A stretch of 25,771 nt of DNA from an uncultured cyanobacterium (GCA_963807635.1 CAWEDJ010000027.1:1-25771); one strand, 5' to 3'; positions 9,858 to 21,672 are shown, counted from the stretch's first letter. Made by a program: numbers and translations. Notes: a model not told the origin generated them from the letters alone.

Positions 9858-11398
9858 AAATAAGTGTTGACAAGCTGGAATCAAGTATTGAGATAACGTC
9901 CAGGCATCAACGCCTAACTCTGTGCGTTCTTTAACGGCTAAAATTCCTGCTTGAGCGTGCCACCAGGCTGATATTGCAACCAGTTTTTCTAGAGAATCTT
10001 GGGCATTTTGAGCGAGAATTCCCCCCATTAATCCTGTTAAAACATCTCCACTTCCTCCCCTGGCGAGGGCGGGTGTACTTTCAGGAATGACCCAAGTTTG
10101 ACCGTCGGGATGGGCAACAATTGTTCTGGCTCCTTTGAATAAAATAATTGCCTGACTGTATTTTGCGGCCTCTTGTACTGCTTGAATGCGATCGCCGTTC
10201 GTTAAAGAAATTTCAGGAAATAAGCGTTTAAATTCTCCTAAATGGGGCGTTAAAATAGTCGGCTGAGTTCTTTTTGTTAAACCCGAAACCGTACCGAGTT
10301 GAGCCAAACAATTCAGTCCATCGGCATCTAAAATCAGGGGAACGGTCGCCGTTAACACTCTTTCAATAATGGGCAAAGCGTCTAACGTTAAGCCTGGCCC
10401 CGCCGCAATGACGGTATAATTTTCAAAATTGCTGGCTAAATCGGGTAATTCCGCGATCGCGCCTGTTTCAGTTTCGGAACAATCGATGATTAAAGCTTCG
10501 GGTAAATGGCTGACTAAAAGTGGTTTTAAAGATTGGGGAGCCGCAATGGAAAGCATTCCGACTCCACTGGCTCTAGCTCCTAATCCTGTTAAAATCGCGC
10601 CGCCTGCATAACGCCGTGATCCACAAATCAGCAATAAATGACCCTGTTGATATTTATGGGTTAACAAAGGACGAGATAAGGGTAGCGATCGCCGAGCTAG
10701 ATTAGGAGTTACTATTTTTATAGAAGAAGCATCAGAAATGACCTTTTTAACAACCGCCCCAGGAATCCCAAAATCCAATCTTTCTACTTTTCCCAAATAC
10801 TCCAAGGCTTGATCTTGAAAAAATGCCAATTTCCATAAACCCAGACATAAACTATGGGTTGCTTTAATGGCAATACCTAAAACTTCCCCCGTATCTGTAT
10901 GAAGACCCGACGGTAAATCAATACTGACAATCGGTTGCGGCCATTGATTTACCTGTTCGATCGCTTCTCCAATCCATCCCACCAAAGGACGATTTAAGCC
11001 AAAACCAAACAAGCCATCAATGAGAACATCACAATTTTGGAGTAATTGAAGATCTTGGGTAAAAGGAATCCCCAGAAATTGGGCATATTGGGCATGGCAA
11101 CCCGTTAATTCCTTAACTTTTTCAAAAGGATGATAAACTAAAACTTGATAGTCTTTTAGCCATATCTCCCGTGCAATCACCAAGGCATCTCCGCCGTTAT
11201 GACCTGGCCAACTAGGATTCCTATGTGCTTATATTGATCAATGGGGTAAAGTTCCTGAAGGCGATCGCTCATCAACAGAGCCGCTTTCTCCATCAAAGCA
11301 GCTACGGGCATCCCATTGGCAAAAAGTTGCTCTTCAACTTGTCGCATTTGTTCCGCGTTGACTAACACTTGTTCAAAGATTTCATCGGCTTGAGTCAT
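9822..11398 (-). CDS. nnr: Bifunctional NAD(P)H-hydrate epimerase/dehydratase (YjeF), frameshift at about 11207
   Basis: N-terminal LMEKAA motif. [10 protein letters not shown] is restored by adding one base. Also [28 protein letters not shown] and [11 protein letters not shown]. Confidence 0.92.
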
Positions 11399-11465
11399 AA
11401 TAAACTCCTGCTGTCCCGTTGGATTTGATGATCGCGATCGCCTCAACGTTATCAATCTAAAGACT

Positions 11466-12338
11466 TTACAGATATTTTTGTAAGAGTAAGGCGAGTTTTT
11501 CTTTCGTCGCTTCGGGAGCTTTGGCTAAGGGGGTAAGAACAGCGTACTTTAAAGCAGAATGGGCGGCAGAAGAGGGGGGATTTTCGGCAAGTTTTCTGAC
11601 AGTTGCTTGAATGACTTTTTGAGCATTAATCGCATTTTTATGGAGATTATCAATGATCATTTCTACCGTAACGTGGTCATGGTCGGGATGCCAACAATCA
11701 TAATCCGTGACCAAAGCGAGGGTTGCATAGGCGATTTCCGCTTCACGGGCCAGTTTTGCCTCCGTTAGGTTGGTCATGCCGATAATATCCGCTCCCCAAC
11801 TACGGTAGAGATTGGATTCGGCGATCGTGGAAAAGGCTGGGCCTTCCATACAAACATAGGTTCCACCCCGATGTAGCTCAATGTCGGGCAAGTTCAGACC
11901 AGCGACAGAATCCGCTAGAACTTGGGATAAATTTTGACAAAAGGGATTCCCAAAGGCCACATGGGCGACAATTCCTTCCCCAAAAAAGGTAGAAATGCGA
12001 TCGCGAGTACGGTCAATCAATTGGTCGGGAACAACGAGATCGAGGGGTTTAATGTCTGCTTTTAAGGAACCAACGGCAGAAGCTGAGAGGATATATTCTA
12101 CGCCTAAGGTTTTAAGGGCGTAAATATTGGCACGAAAGGGAATCTCAGTAGGGGTTAAATGATGGTCACGGCCATGACGAGCTAAAAAGGCAACGGAAAC
12201 GCCTTCTAGGGTTCCCATAATCAGGGCATCTGAGGGCGTTCCAAAGGGGGTATCTATGCGGATTTCTTGGATATGCTTGAGTGCATCCATTTTGTAGAGA
12301 CCACTACCGCCGATAATGCCAATTTTTGCTTGTGTCAT
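11466..12338 (-). CDS. mtnP: S-methyl-5'-thioadenosine phosphorylase
   Basis: Motifs [28 protein letters not shown] and VTDYDCW. Confidence 0.95.
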   Translation of the reverse strand: MTQAKIGIIGGSGLYKMDALKHIQEIRIDTPFGTPSDALIMGTLEGVSVAFLARHGRDHHLTPTEIPFRANIYALKTLGVEYILSASAVGSLKADIKPLDLVVPDQLIDRTRDRISTFFGEGIVAHVAFGNPFCQNLSQVLADSVAGLNLPDIELHRGGTYVCMEGPAFSTIAESNLYRSWGADIIGMTNLTEAKLAREAEIAYATLALVTDYDCWHPDHDHVTVEMIIDNLHKNAINAQKVIQATVRKLAENPPSSAAHSALKYAVLTPLAKAPEATKEKLALLLQKYL

Positions 12339-12540
12339 GGAAAATAAGAAGAATAGGGAAAAATGAGAATTTTGGGTTATGGCTGTTCATTATAGTACGA
12401 GGGCTGGGCGATCACACAGTGCCGCTTCGCGATCGCAGTGGGATATCTGAGTTAAGCTTTGCAAATTTAGGGTTGATCCCCAGGTTGAGGGGAATTTTGC
12501 AGGTTAGAATGGGCAGAAGCAATGTTGGAGGTTAAGCTTT

Positions 12541-12754
12541 ATGTCTGAAAAAATGGAAGCTCGTTGTCTCGTCGAACTAGAAAATTTGGATCAAGTTGAT
12601 CCCGTCCAAGGAGCCGCCTGTCGAGAAGAAGCCCAAGAACTTTTGGCAGATTCTTCTGTCACCTTGAAAGTCCGCACGGCGATCGCGGAATTCATTGATG
12701 CAAGCAAATCAGGCTCTCAGCGTAAAAAATGTTGTTAGCGAAGATAGTTACTAG
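12541..12754 (+). CDS. Small hypothetical protein (probable indel at about 12693)
   Basis: The 12541 ORF continues plausibly in another frame as LMQANQALSVKNVVSEDSY* (TAG 12752-12754). This end is inferred. Confidence 0.5.
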
Positions 12755-13256
12755 AGTTAATGCTCTTTTAAGTCACAAAAGACTTTTTTTATCAATTACT
12801 GGGGTTTTAGTGATCTTGACGGGATGCAGTAGAGCCGTCTTGATCAATCCCCAATTGCCCAGTGGTGGCATTAATAGCACCGCCCCCGACGAATATCCTG
12901 CCTATAGTGGCGACGGCCGTTATCTAGCCTTTGCCTCTGATCGAAACGGCCGTCGCGAAATTGTTCTCTATGACGTGCAGCAACGTCGCTTAGTATTCCT
13001 ACCAAATTTGAACCAGCCCAATGCCAGTCAGGATCAACCGTCTCTCAGTGCAGATGGTCGATTTGTGGCCTACGTTTCAACGGCACGGGGTAAAACCGAC
13101 ATTATGGTTTATGACCGCAATAGCCAACGTTCTGAATTATTAAGTGCTAATGTTCGTGGCTCGGTCGCCCATCCTACCATTAGCGGTGATGGAAAACGGG
13201 TTGCTTTTCAGACGAATCAATTAGGCCAATGGCATATCGCGATCGCGGAACGTTAA
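12729..13256 (+). CDS. TolB-like PD40-repeat lipoprotein
   Basis: Lipobox-like LTGC and three repeats, PAYSGDGRYLAF, PSLSADGRFVAY and PTISGDGKRVAF. The true start is uncertain. Confidence 0.82.
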   Translation: MLLAKIVTRVNALLSHKRLFLSITGVLVILTGCSRAVLINPQLPSGGINSTAPDEYPAYSGDGRYLAFASDRNGRREIVLYDVQQRRLVFLPNLNQPNASQDQPSLSADGRFVAYVSTARGKTDIMVYDRNSQRSELLSANVRGSVAHPTISGDGKRVAFQTNQLGQWHIAIAER

Positions 13257-13325
13257 TCAAAACGGGGATCGCTAAAAATATTATCTCCCATCCTGAGAGC
13301 TTGCCATTTTGCTGCAAGGCGATCG

Positions 13326-14539
13326 TTAGCCCATTTTTTCAAAGATTTTAAACATGGGTAAGTACATCGATAATAGAATCGTTCCTACCAAGGCCGCAAT
13401 AGCAACCATCATGAGAGGTTCAATGACACTTGTGAGTGCTTTGACGGCTTGTTCTACTTCATCCTCATAAAAATCTGCTACCTTCATCATCATGGAATCC
13501 AATTCCCCCGTTTCTTCTCCAATACTAATCATCTGAATAGCCAAGGACGGAAACACCTTACCCCTTTGCAGGGCCAGACTCATCATTCCCCCCTGTTGAA
13601 TTTCAGTCATCGCATCCGCAACCGCATTGGAAATTACCTTATTAGGAATAGTATTACAGACAATTTCTAGAGCCTGAATAATGGGGACTCCAGAACGGGT
13701 CAGGGTTCCAAAGACTCGGCAGAAACGAGCCACGGCGGTTTTTTCATTTAAAGGGCCAAAAAGGGGCATCTTGAGCATCATGCCATCAATTTGTAATCTA
13801 CCCATAGGCGAAGCATAGTATTTCTTAAAAAGAAAACTTGCCCCCCCAATCCCAATAATCGGAAGCACTACCAAGGGACTCCGCAAAAAACCACTTAAAT
13901 CCAGCATAAATTGGGTAAGAGCAGGCAACTCAGTCCCTAGACTCTTGAAAATGTTAGCGAAAACAGGAATCAAAAAAATCGTCATCCCTAAAAATGCCAA
14001 GATTGCCAAACAGCCCACTGCCACAGGATAGGCCATCGCCGATTTAATTTGGTTTTGTAGGCGGGCCATGTCTTCCAGCAGTGTGGACAAACGATTTAAG
14101 ACTTCGTCTAATACCCCCCCCGCTTCTCCCGCTTCCACCATGCTGACGTAAAGTTGGTCAAAACATTCGGGATATTTGGCCATTGATTCGGACAAATTAT
14201 TTCCCTGTTGAACATCTCCACTGATGCCAACCAATGCTTTTTTAAATTTGGGATTAGGACATTGCTCTGATAATACCCCCAGGCATCGGACGATCGCGAC
14301 CCCCGCATTGATCATCACGGAAAATTGCCGAGAGAAAACGGCTCGATCTTTCACGGTAACTTTATTAAGAAGAGCTTCTAAAAACTCAAGATTGATCTCT
14401 CCCCCACGGGCTTAACCGAACCGATCGCGGCGTATTGTTGTTTGAGGATGGTACGGGCCTGTTCGGGAGACATGGCCTCAATTTTTCGCTTGGTAACTTT
14501 TCCGCTATTGTCTTTAACTTGGGCAACAAAGGTAGGCAT
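13326..14539 (-). CDS. pilC: Type IV pilus platform protein PilC (frameshift at about 14405)
   Basis: ATG 14539 gives MPTFVAQVKDNSGK..., which joins EINLEFL...KDRAVFSRQFSVMINAG. Also AGEAGG and IGEETGELD. It lies downstream of pilT. Confidence 0.93.
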
Positions 14540-14596
14540 GGATTTTCTTCCTATCAGACATAATTTAGAAAAAATTAGACAAAGTATTCCAGGAGC

Positions 14597-15713
14597 TTAG
14601 CGGGTTTTGGCCTTAGCAGCAACGGCGGTAGGAACAGCCCCCGCCACTAGGCGTTGTAGTTCGTCGGGTTTGGCACTTTTAGACAGTCCTTCTTCTAGAG
14701 TAATCACACCAGAAACAATTAAATTGCCCAGGGATTGTTCCATCGTCTGCATACCCAATTTCATCCCCGTTTGGATAGATGAATAAATTTGTGGAGCCTT
14801 TCCTTCCCGAATTAAGTTGGCGATCGCGGGAGTAACAATCATAATTTCCTGAACCATTGCCCGACCGAATTCGCCTGGTTTGGGAGCCTTTTTCTTCACT
14901 AAATTTTGACTAAAGACAGCCAATAGAGAATTAGATAACATGGCACGAATTTGGGGCTGTTGAATCGGTGGGAAAACATCTGAGCATCCGATCCACTGTC
15001 CCCGATGCCGAATTGGTGTGGAGAGTACCAAAGACTAAGTGACCCGTTTCTGCCGCACTAATCGCCAAAGAAATCGTTTCTAAATCCCGCATTTCTCCCA
15101 CCAGAATAATATCAGGATCTTCCCGCAGAGCGGCTTTTAGGGCATTAGCAAAACTCTTGGTATCCTCTCCTTTTTGGCGTTGGTGGAAAAGACTTTTAAC
15201 ATTAGGAAAAACGTACTCAATCGGGTCTTCAATAGTCAAAATATGTTCTGCTCTCGTTCGATTGATCAAATCCAATACGGCGGCAAGACTAGTGGTTTTA
15301 CCCGATCCCGTTTGGCCTGTCACCAGAATTAATCCCCTGGGGCGTTCGGCCATTTCTCGCATAATAGTGGGAAGTCCTAATTGCTCAAAATTGGGGATTT
15401 TAGAGGATAACGCCCGCAAACAAGCCGCGTAGCACCCTCTTTCCTTATAAACATTGACCCTAAAACGCGCTAACCCCTTAACCCCGTAGGAACAATCCAA
15501 CTCCCAATTTTGTTCTAATTCTTTGCGTTGAGTATTATTCAACATACTAAAAATCAGTTTTTGACTATCCTGGGGAGTGAGAACCTCTTCATTGATCGGG
15601 TTAAGCTTACCGCTAATCCGAAAATAAACTGGTGCGCCCGCCTGGAGGTGCATATCTGATCCCCCCATTTCAACGAGTTGCTCCATCAAGTCTTCGATCA
15701 TGTAATCTACCAC
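14597..15713 (-). CDS. pilT: Type IV pilus retraction ATPase PilT (frameshift at about 14982)
   Basis: Motifs GQTGSGKTT, TIEDPIE, LREDPDIILVGEMRD and GHLVFGTLHTNS. The C-terminus is in the 14597..15031 frame (QIRAMLS, AIANLIREGK, GMQTM). Confidence 0.95.
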
Positions 15714-15773
15714 GGGGTTAAGGCTCCTAACGCTAAAAAAATAAGAATGTTTGCAAAACGAATGAATCGTTGA

Positions 15774-17792
15774 TTACTGGGTAAAACGTGGGGTCATGCA
15801 GTAGGGACAATCGATCCATTCCTGTTGGAGTTCAGCTTGACAAACTCGGCAACTTAAGGCACTTTTTCGCTTTGCCCTTAGTTCCGATTCTAGCCCAGTA
15901 TCGGTAAATGTCACCCGTTCTACCTCTTCCAAGGTGGTGTGGCCTTCCTGAACGAGATTTAAACTATAGGCTAATAGGGTTACCATGCCTTCTTCTACAG
16001 CACAATCCTTAATGCGATCGGTGGTGGCTCCTTCGTTGACTAAAGCGGCGAGTCGCTCTGAATTACGCATGACTTCATAAACCCCGACCCGTCCCTTATA
16101 GCCGCCGCCATTACATTTTTGGCAAAGGGTTCCCTGCTCACGGGCGGTATTGATTTCATCGAGGGTGAGGGTGTTGGCCTTATAAAAGGTGACTTGTTCT
16201 GTGTTAGAAACTCCAAAACCAAAGCGCAGTAGTTCCTCCCTAGAGGGATGGTAGGCAACTCGACATTCGGTACAGACTTTTCGCATTAACCTTTGGGCCA
16301 ATACTCCGAGTAACGCCCCCGAAACCATGAAGGGTTCAATGCCCATTTCATCTAAACGGGCGATCGCCCCTGCGGCATCATTGGTATGGAGGGTGGTTAA
16401 CACTAAGTGACCTGTAAGAGCCGCTTCAATAGCGGTTTTCGCGGTCTCTTTGTCCCGTGTTTCTCCCACCAGAATGACATCAGGATCTTGTCGCATAAAA
16501 GCCCGCAAAATCGAAGAAAAGTCCATCCCCTTTTCCCGAATTACCTGTACTTGGGTAATGCCAGGTAAAGAATACTCGATCGGATCTTCCGCCGTATTAA
16601 TATTGACCGTCGGTGAATTGCGTTCTGCTAAAACAGAATATAAACTCGTGGATTTTCCTGAACCCGTTGGCCCCGTTACCAAGAATAACCCGTAGGGACG
16701 ACCTGCCAATTCCCGAACGGTTTCTAAGGTTTCTTGACTGGTAATTAATTTATCCAAGCCCAACTGGGTTGCTGAGTTATCCAAAATCCGCAGACACACT
16801 TTTTCGCCGTAGCGACTGGGAATGGTATTGACGCGAAAATCCACATTACGTCCTTGAAAGATCCGTCGAATTTTTCCATCCTGGGGTAAACGACGCTCGG
16901 CAATGTCCATATCCGCCATAATCTTGAAGCGGGCAACGATCGCGGGGATCAATTTTTTCGGTAGGGGATTAAAGGCTTGGTGAAGAATACCATCTCGGCG
17001 AAAGCGGATTTTGAGTTCTGTTTCCTGGGGTTCGATATGAATATCAGAGGTTCCCTCTTGAATGGCTTTAGCTAAGATCTTATTCACTAGGTTGATCACA
17101 GGGGCTTGGTTAGCGGCACTAGAATCCAGTACGTCTGCATCATCACTAGGCCCTTCCTGAACACCACCATCAAAGGCATCGACAATATCCGCGATATCCC
17201 CTAGTTTTTCAATTTCCTTCTCTTTATCCGCTTTTTTATGTTCTTGTTCTATTTCACCTTGAATCTCATAATATTCTTCTATCAGACGGTCATAGTCTTC
17301 CTGGGTAATGACCAATCGGCGCATCTCTAGCCCTTTAAAGCGCAAAATTCGCTGTAATTCATCCTGGGCAGCCAGATCGTCGGGATTGATCATGGCCACT
17401 AGAATAATGGGGGGATCGCCGTTTTGTTTCGCTAGGGGCAGTAATTTGTAACGACGGCAGGTATCGAAGGGAATGAGCGAGTGAATGAGTTCCGCCATTT
17501 CTCGATTGGCGATCGGACTAATTTCTGGGTCTAGACTATCGACTCCGTAGAGAATTTTAAGTTCAAATAGGTAATGTTTTTTATATTGTCGGACTAATTC
17601 AGGAGAGAGAGCATGGCCAGTAATCGCTTGGATTTCCTGGGGAAGGGAGCGGCCCGTCTTCCGCATTTGCACTAGAGCCTGTTGAAGCTGTTCAGGGGCA
17701 ACGTGTCCGCCTGCGACTAGTTTGTTGCCAAAGGGAGAAAAATAATTGCGGAGAGCAACTGCACGGGTTTTCTTAGAGGATGAATAGGTCAT
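15774..17792 (-). CDS. pilB: Type IV pilus assembly ATPase PilB (GspE/PulE family)
   Basis: Motifs SDIHIEP, GPTGSGKST, RQDPDVILVGETRD and HLVLTTLHTND, plus tetracysteine motifs and a C-terminal CxxC...CPYC. Confidence 0.96.
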   Translation of the reverse strand: MTYSSSKKTRAVALRNYFSPFGNKLVAGGHVAPEQLQQALVQMRKTGRSLPQEIQAITGHALSPELVRQYKKHYLFELKILYGVDSLDPEISPIANREMAELIHSLIPFDTCRRYKLLPLAKQNGDPPIILVAMINPDDLAAQDELQRILRFKGLEMRRLVITQEDYDRLIEEYYEIQGEIEQEHKKADKEKEIEKLGDIADIVDAFDGGVQEGPSDDADVLDSSAANQAPVINLVNKILAKAIQEGTSDIHIEPQETELKIRFRRDGILHQAFNPLPKKLIPAIVARFKIMADMDIAERRLPQDGKIRRIFQGRNVDFRVNTIPSRYGEKVCLRILDNSATQLGLDKLITSQETLETVRELAGRPYGLFLVTGPTGSGKSTSLYSVLAERNSPTVNINTAEDPIEYSLPGITQVQVIREKGMDFSSILRAFMRQDPDVILVGETRDKETAKTAIEAALTGHLVLTTLHTNDAAGAIARLDEMGIEPFMVSGALLGVLAQRLMRKVCTECRVAYHPSREELLRFGFGVSNTEQVTFYKANTLTLDEINTAREQGTLCQKCNGGGYKGRVGVYEVMRNSERLAALVNEGATTDRIKDCAVEEGMVTLLAYSLNLVQEGHTTLEEVERVTFTDTGLESELRAKRKSALSCRVCQAELQQEWIDCPYCMTPRFTQ

Positions 17793-18161
17793 AAAATAAC
17801 AGTCGTGGCTCTTGATGGCTCCTTGTAGTAGTCAGTATTCCCGACGCAGGAGAATAAATTGCTATTTTAACCGAAAATTTTTGCCAATTTACTCCACTTT
17901 AACGAACGGCTCTCTATTGCGATCGCGAAATGTGCCTGCGGCATCGCGTCTAATTCTATTTTTTGTGACTCTATCCCAAAAAGTTGATGGTTAATGTTAA
18001 CTGGCATCATTCATGGGTGTTATATTTTGAGAGTCTTATAACTTTGAAATTCTGATACCGTAATTTACGGAATTAGTCTGATCAGAAAGATAGTCTGGGT
18101 TAATCGGTCAAATTGTGTCAAACTGTATGAACCCTTGGGTTTGGCAAAGGACAGAAAAAGA

Positions 18162-19346
18162 ATGAGGATTTTAGTGCTGGCTTGGGAATTTCCTCCCCGA
18201 ATTGTCGGGGGGTTAGCCCGTCACGTCGCGGAACTTTATCCAGAAATTGTCAAATTAGGCCATGAAGTCCATCTGATTACCGTCGAGTGTAATGGTTCTC
18301 CTGCCTACGAAAATGTGGAAGGAATTCATGTCTATCGAGTAGCTGTCGCGGCGGGCAGTGATTTTTTTCACTGGGTTGTTAATATGAATCAAAGTATGGA
18401 TCAGCAGGGGCAACGTTTAATCGCCCAAAACGACCAGTTTGATCTGATTCATGCCCATGATTGGTTAGTGGGAGATGCGGCAATTTCCCTTAAAAATCAT
18501 TTTCAGATTCCTCTGATTGTGACTATCCACGCCACTGAATATGGACGCTACAACGGACTTTATAATGACACCAACCGTTACATTGCGGGTAAGGAAAGCA
18601 CTTTAATTGAGAATAGTTGGCAGGTCATTGTTTGTAGTGACTATATGCGCCACGAACTCCAACGAGCTTTCGGGACAGAGTGGGAAAAGATGAGCGTCAT
18701 TTATAACGGCATTCGTCCAGAGAAAAAGCATCGCGATCCTGACTTTGATTACATCAATTTTCGTCGTCGTTACGCCCAGGATCACCAAAAAATTGTTTAT
18801 TATGTCGGTCGTATGACTTACGAAAAAGGAGTTTCTGTTCTGTTAACGGCGGCTCCCAGGGTGTTAGATGAAATGAATCAGTGTGCAAAATTTGTGATCG
18901 TTGGCGGCGGAAATACGGATCGATTGAAACAATTAGCCTGGAACTTGGGAATTTGGGAGCAATGCTTTTTTACGGGGTTTATTTCCGACGAAGATCTGGA
19001 TAAATTTCAAACCGTTGCCGATTGTGCGGTTTTTCCCAGTTTATATGAACCCTTTGGCATTGTTGCCCTGGAAAGTTTTGCGGCCAGGGTTCCCGTTGTC
19101 GTGTCCAATACAGGGGGACTGGCGGAGGTGGTGCAACATGGCAAAACAGGGGTTGTCACCTATACCAATAATCCCGATTCTCTGGCCTGGGGAATTCTCG
19201 AAGTGTTGAATAACCCAGCCTATGCCCAGATTTTAGTCGAGAATGCCTATCGAGACTTGGATTTGCGTTTTAGTTGGAATAGGTTAGCGAAGGAAACGGA
19301 GATGGTTTATAACAAAATCGTTGAAACGCGATCGCGAAATGAATAA
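18162..19346 (+). CDS. Glycosyltransferase family 4 protein
   Basis: Motifs WEFPPRIVGGL, HAHDWLV, VGRMTYEKG and PSLYEPFGIVALE. Confidence 0.92.
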   Translation: MRILVLAWEFPPRIVGGLARHVAELYPEIVKLGHEVHLITVECNGSPAYENVEGIHVYRVAVAAGSDFFHWVVNMNQSMDQQGQRLIAQNDQFDLIHAHDWLVGDAAISLKNHFQIPLIVTIHATEYGRYNGLYNDTNRYIAGKESTLIENSWQVIVCSDYMRHELQRAFGTEWEKMSVIYNGIRPEKKHRDPDFDYINFRRRYAQDHQKIVYYVGRMTYEKGVSVLLTAAPRVLDEMNQCAKFVIVGGGNTDRLKQLAWNLGIWEQCFFTGFISDEDLDKFQTVADCAVFPSLYEPFGIVALESFAARVPVVVSNTGGLAEVVQHGKTGVVTYTNNPDSLAWGILEVLNNPAYAQILVENAYRDLDLRFSWNRLAKETEMVYNKIVETRSRNE

Positions 19347-19373
19347 TTCTGATAACACCTCTGGATTAACCCG

Positions 19374-19963
19374 TTAACCGAGATCCTTAACAAAATTCCG
19401 TAATAGGGCTTTTCCTTGACTCGTTAAAATACTTTCGGGATGAAACTGCACCCCTTGAATATGGGGATAATCTCGATGACGCGATCCCATAATCATGCCA
19501 TCTTCTATCCAAGCGGTGACTTCCAGGCTGTCGGGTAGGGTATCCCGCTCTACGATTAAACTGTGGTAGCGTGTCGCGTTGAAGGGTTTATCTAAGCCTT
19601 GGAAAACACCCTCTGCGCTGTGGTAAATTTCAGAAGTCTTACCGTGCATCAACACAGGAGCGGCAATCACTCTGCCCCCAAAAATTTGACCGATACACTG
19701 ATGACCGAGGCAAACCCCCAACAAGGGTAATGTTGGCCCCAATTCTTTAATAATGTCTAGGGAAATACCGGCATCATCGGGACGACCGGGCCTGGCGAAA
19801 TCACAATACCATCGGGTTTAAGGCGGCAAATGGTTTCTAGATCAATTTTATCGTTGCGATAAACTTCAATTTGCTTGGCAACAGGAAAATCTTCCCCTAA
19901 TTCTCCCAAATACTGAACCAGATTATAGGTGAAACTGTCGTAATTATCGATAACGATGATCAA
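19374..19963 (-). CDS. trpG: Anthranilate/aminodeoxychorismate synthase component II (glutamine amidotransferase), frameshift at about 19787
   Basis: TTG start at 19963 after GAGG. Motifs [15 protein letters not shown] (restored), GVCLGHQ, RYHSL and QFHPES. TrpG and PabA cannot be told apart from sequence alone. Confidence 0.9.
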
Positions 19964-20017
19964 GATTGATTTCCTCGCGTTCCCTGTTGGCCTCTTGGCC
20001 ATAGTGTGCCAAAGCTA

Positions 20018-20542
20018 TTAAAACACTAAAGCGATCGCAGGGGGAACTAATAAACAAGATCCGACAATCACGGCGGCGATCGCGGCAATGAAAACCGCAC
20101 CTGCGGCACAGTCCTTGGTAATTTTAGCTAACTCATGGTAAGACTGGCCAACGGTGAGATCAACCACAGATTCTAGCGCCGTATTTAATAATTCTAGCAC
20201 CATCACAAAAGCAGACGTTAAAGCCAAGATTGCCAAACAAACAGGAGCTAAGTGGAGCATAATCCCCGCACTCAGGGTTGCAATACCGATAAAAGTATGA
20301 ATCCGAAAATTTCGTTGGGTAGCATAAGCATAACAAACCCCCGCCCAGGCATATTTGAAGCTAACTAACAAATTTGGAGCAATTTGCCAAGCGAGATCTC
20401 TCCTGGGAACAGTACCAGAGACAGAATGAATCAAGGTGGGTTGGGTAATTTTATTGGTCATAAAAGGAGAATTTCCCGTCAAAAGCGTCGTTCTAGCCAG
20501 GGAGGAGGAGTGAGATTGAGTCATAGGTAATTGAGATTTCAT
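20018..20542 (-). CDS. dgkA: Diacylglycerol/undecaprenol kinase family protein
   Basis: Motifs SFKYAWAG, QRNFRIH, ELLNTALESVVD and KDCAAGAV. It is adjacent to ybeY. Confidence 0.9.
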   Translation of the reverse strand: MKSQLPMTQSHSSSLARTTLLTGNSPFMTNKITQPTLIHSVSGTVPRRDLAWQIAPNLLVSFKYAWAGVCYAYATQRNFRIHTFIGIATLSAGIMLHLAPVCLAILALTSAFVMVLELLNTALESVVDLTVGQSYHELAKITKDCAAGAVFIAAIAAVIVGSCLLVPPAIALVF

Positions 20543-20613
20543 AATATTTCTTTGCTCCAGAAAGCGTAACTAACAAATAAATCAAATATCTGTTCACTAA
20601 GAACAATTGGACA

Positions 20614-21145
20614 TCAAAAAATCGTGGCAAAACCGACCTGTTTGAGCAGATTAGCTTGTTGAGCTAACATTTCCTCCAGGCGTTGATCGTCAGGATGATC
20701 CCAGCCCAACAGGTGAAGTAATCCGTGGGAGGCGAGCCAAGCAAGTTCAATGGTGAGAGAATGATTATTTTGTTGAGCTTGTACGGCTGCGGTTTCGAGA
20801 GAAATAATAATATCTCCTAGATAAAGCGGTTCGGGATCGTCGGGTTGAAAAATTGGCATCTCGGCTTCTAGGGCAGCAAAGGGCCAATACATCCGTTGGT
20901 TTGTTCTGCTGGCGATATTGGCTATTGAACGTTTGAATTTCGGAATCATCAGTCAATCTAAGGGTTAATTCGTAGGTGTCTGACTTGGGGAGATCGCCAT
21001 CCAGAGAAGTTAACCAAACCTCTAGCCAGCGTTGCCAATCCGCTAGGGAGATGGGACTAACTTCGACGGAGGATTTAGGTTTACCCCCAGAAACCTCCTG
21101 AAGATTGAGTTCAACATTAACCGCACAAAGAGAAGAACCAGCCAT
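20614..21145 (-). CDS. ybeY: rRNA maturation endoribonuclease YbeY (frameshift at about 20885)
   Basis: [14 protein letters not shown] is in one frame. LGDIIIS and [11 protein letters not shown] are in the next frame. Confidence 0.95.
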
Positions 21146-21156
21146 AAGATTTCACC

Positions 21157-21345
21157 CTAGCGTGTCAGATAGGACAAACCAATGAGAACAGCAAATAAAC
21201 CCACTGTGGTTAGAAAAAAATGAGTGAGAGACTTGCCTCTTTTGCGAACCATATTTCGCATTGCCAGCTTAACGTAACTGGGTTGGGGTTCGGTTGAGGT
21301 CGGTTCGTCTATTTCGGCAACAGTAGATTCACTCTTTTCACTCAT
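21157..21345 (-). CDS. DUF3285-like small membrane protein
   Basis: PSYVKLAMRNMVRK followed by a C-terminal TM helix. Confidence 0.8.
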   Translation of the reverse strand: MSEKSESTVAEIDEPTSTEPQPSYVKLAMRNMVRKRGKSLTHFFLTTVGLFAVLIGLSYLTR

Positions 21346-21672
21346 AGGACATAAACCAAAGTAGTTACAAATTGATTGGGCAATTTCAAAAAGTTGATAT
21401 TAACATATCAGGTTATTTACCGCAAAAAGCTTAAGGGTAGAAGTACGGCTTTATCGGCAAGGGGGAAGTCCACGCACTCCGTATTTATCCTTAAGTTTTT
21501 ATACTGTCCACTGGGGATGGTGTTAGGAAGCCAATAAATTTTGGCGGAGGTTGACAATAAAATAAGGTTAAGTGGGTTTTAAGTCTTAATCGGAGGGATT
21601 AAAGGGATTTATCTCTCCAACTGCCTTAATTATTAACCAAATTTTTGAATTTGATCCATTTTTTTAGAGTTT

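Noticed and set aside
21551..21556. TTGACA -35 box
   Set aside because: There is no correctly spaced -10 element and no plus-strand gene downstream.
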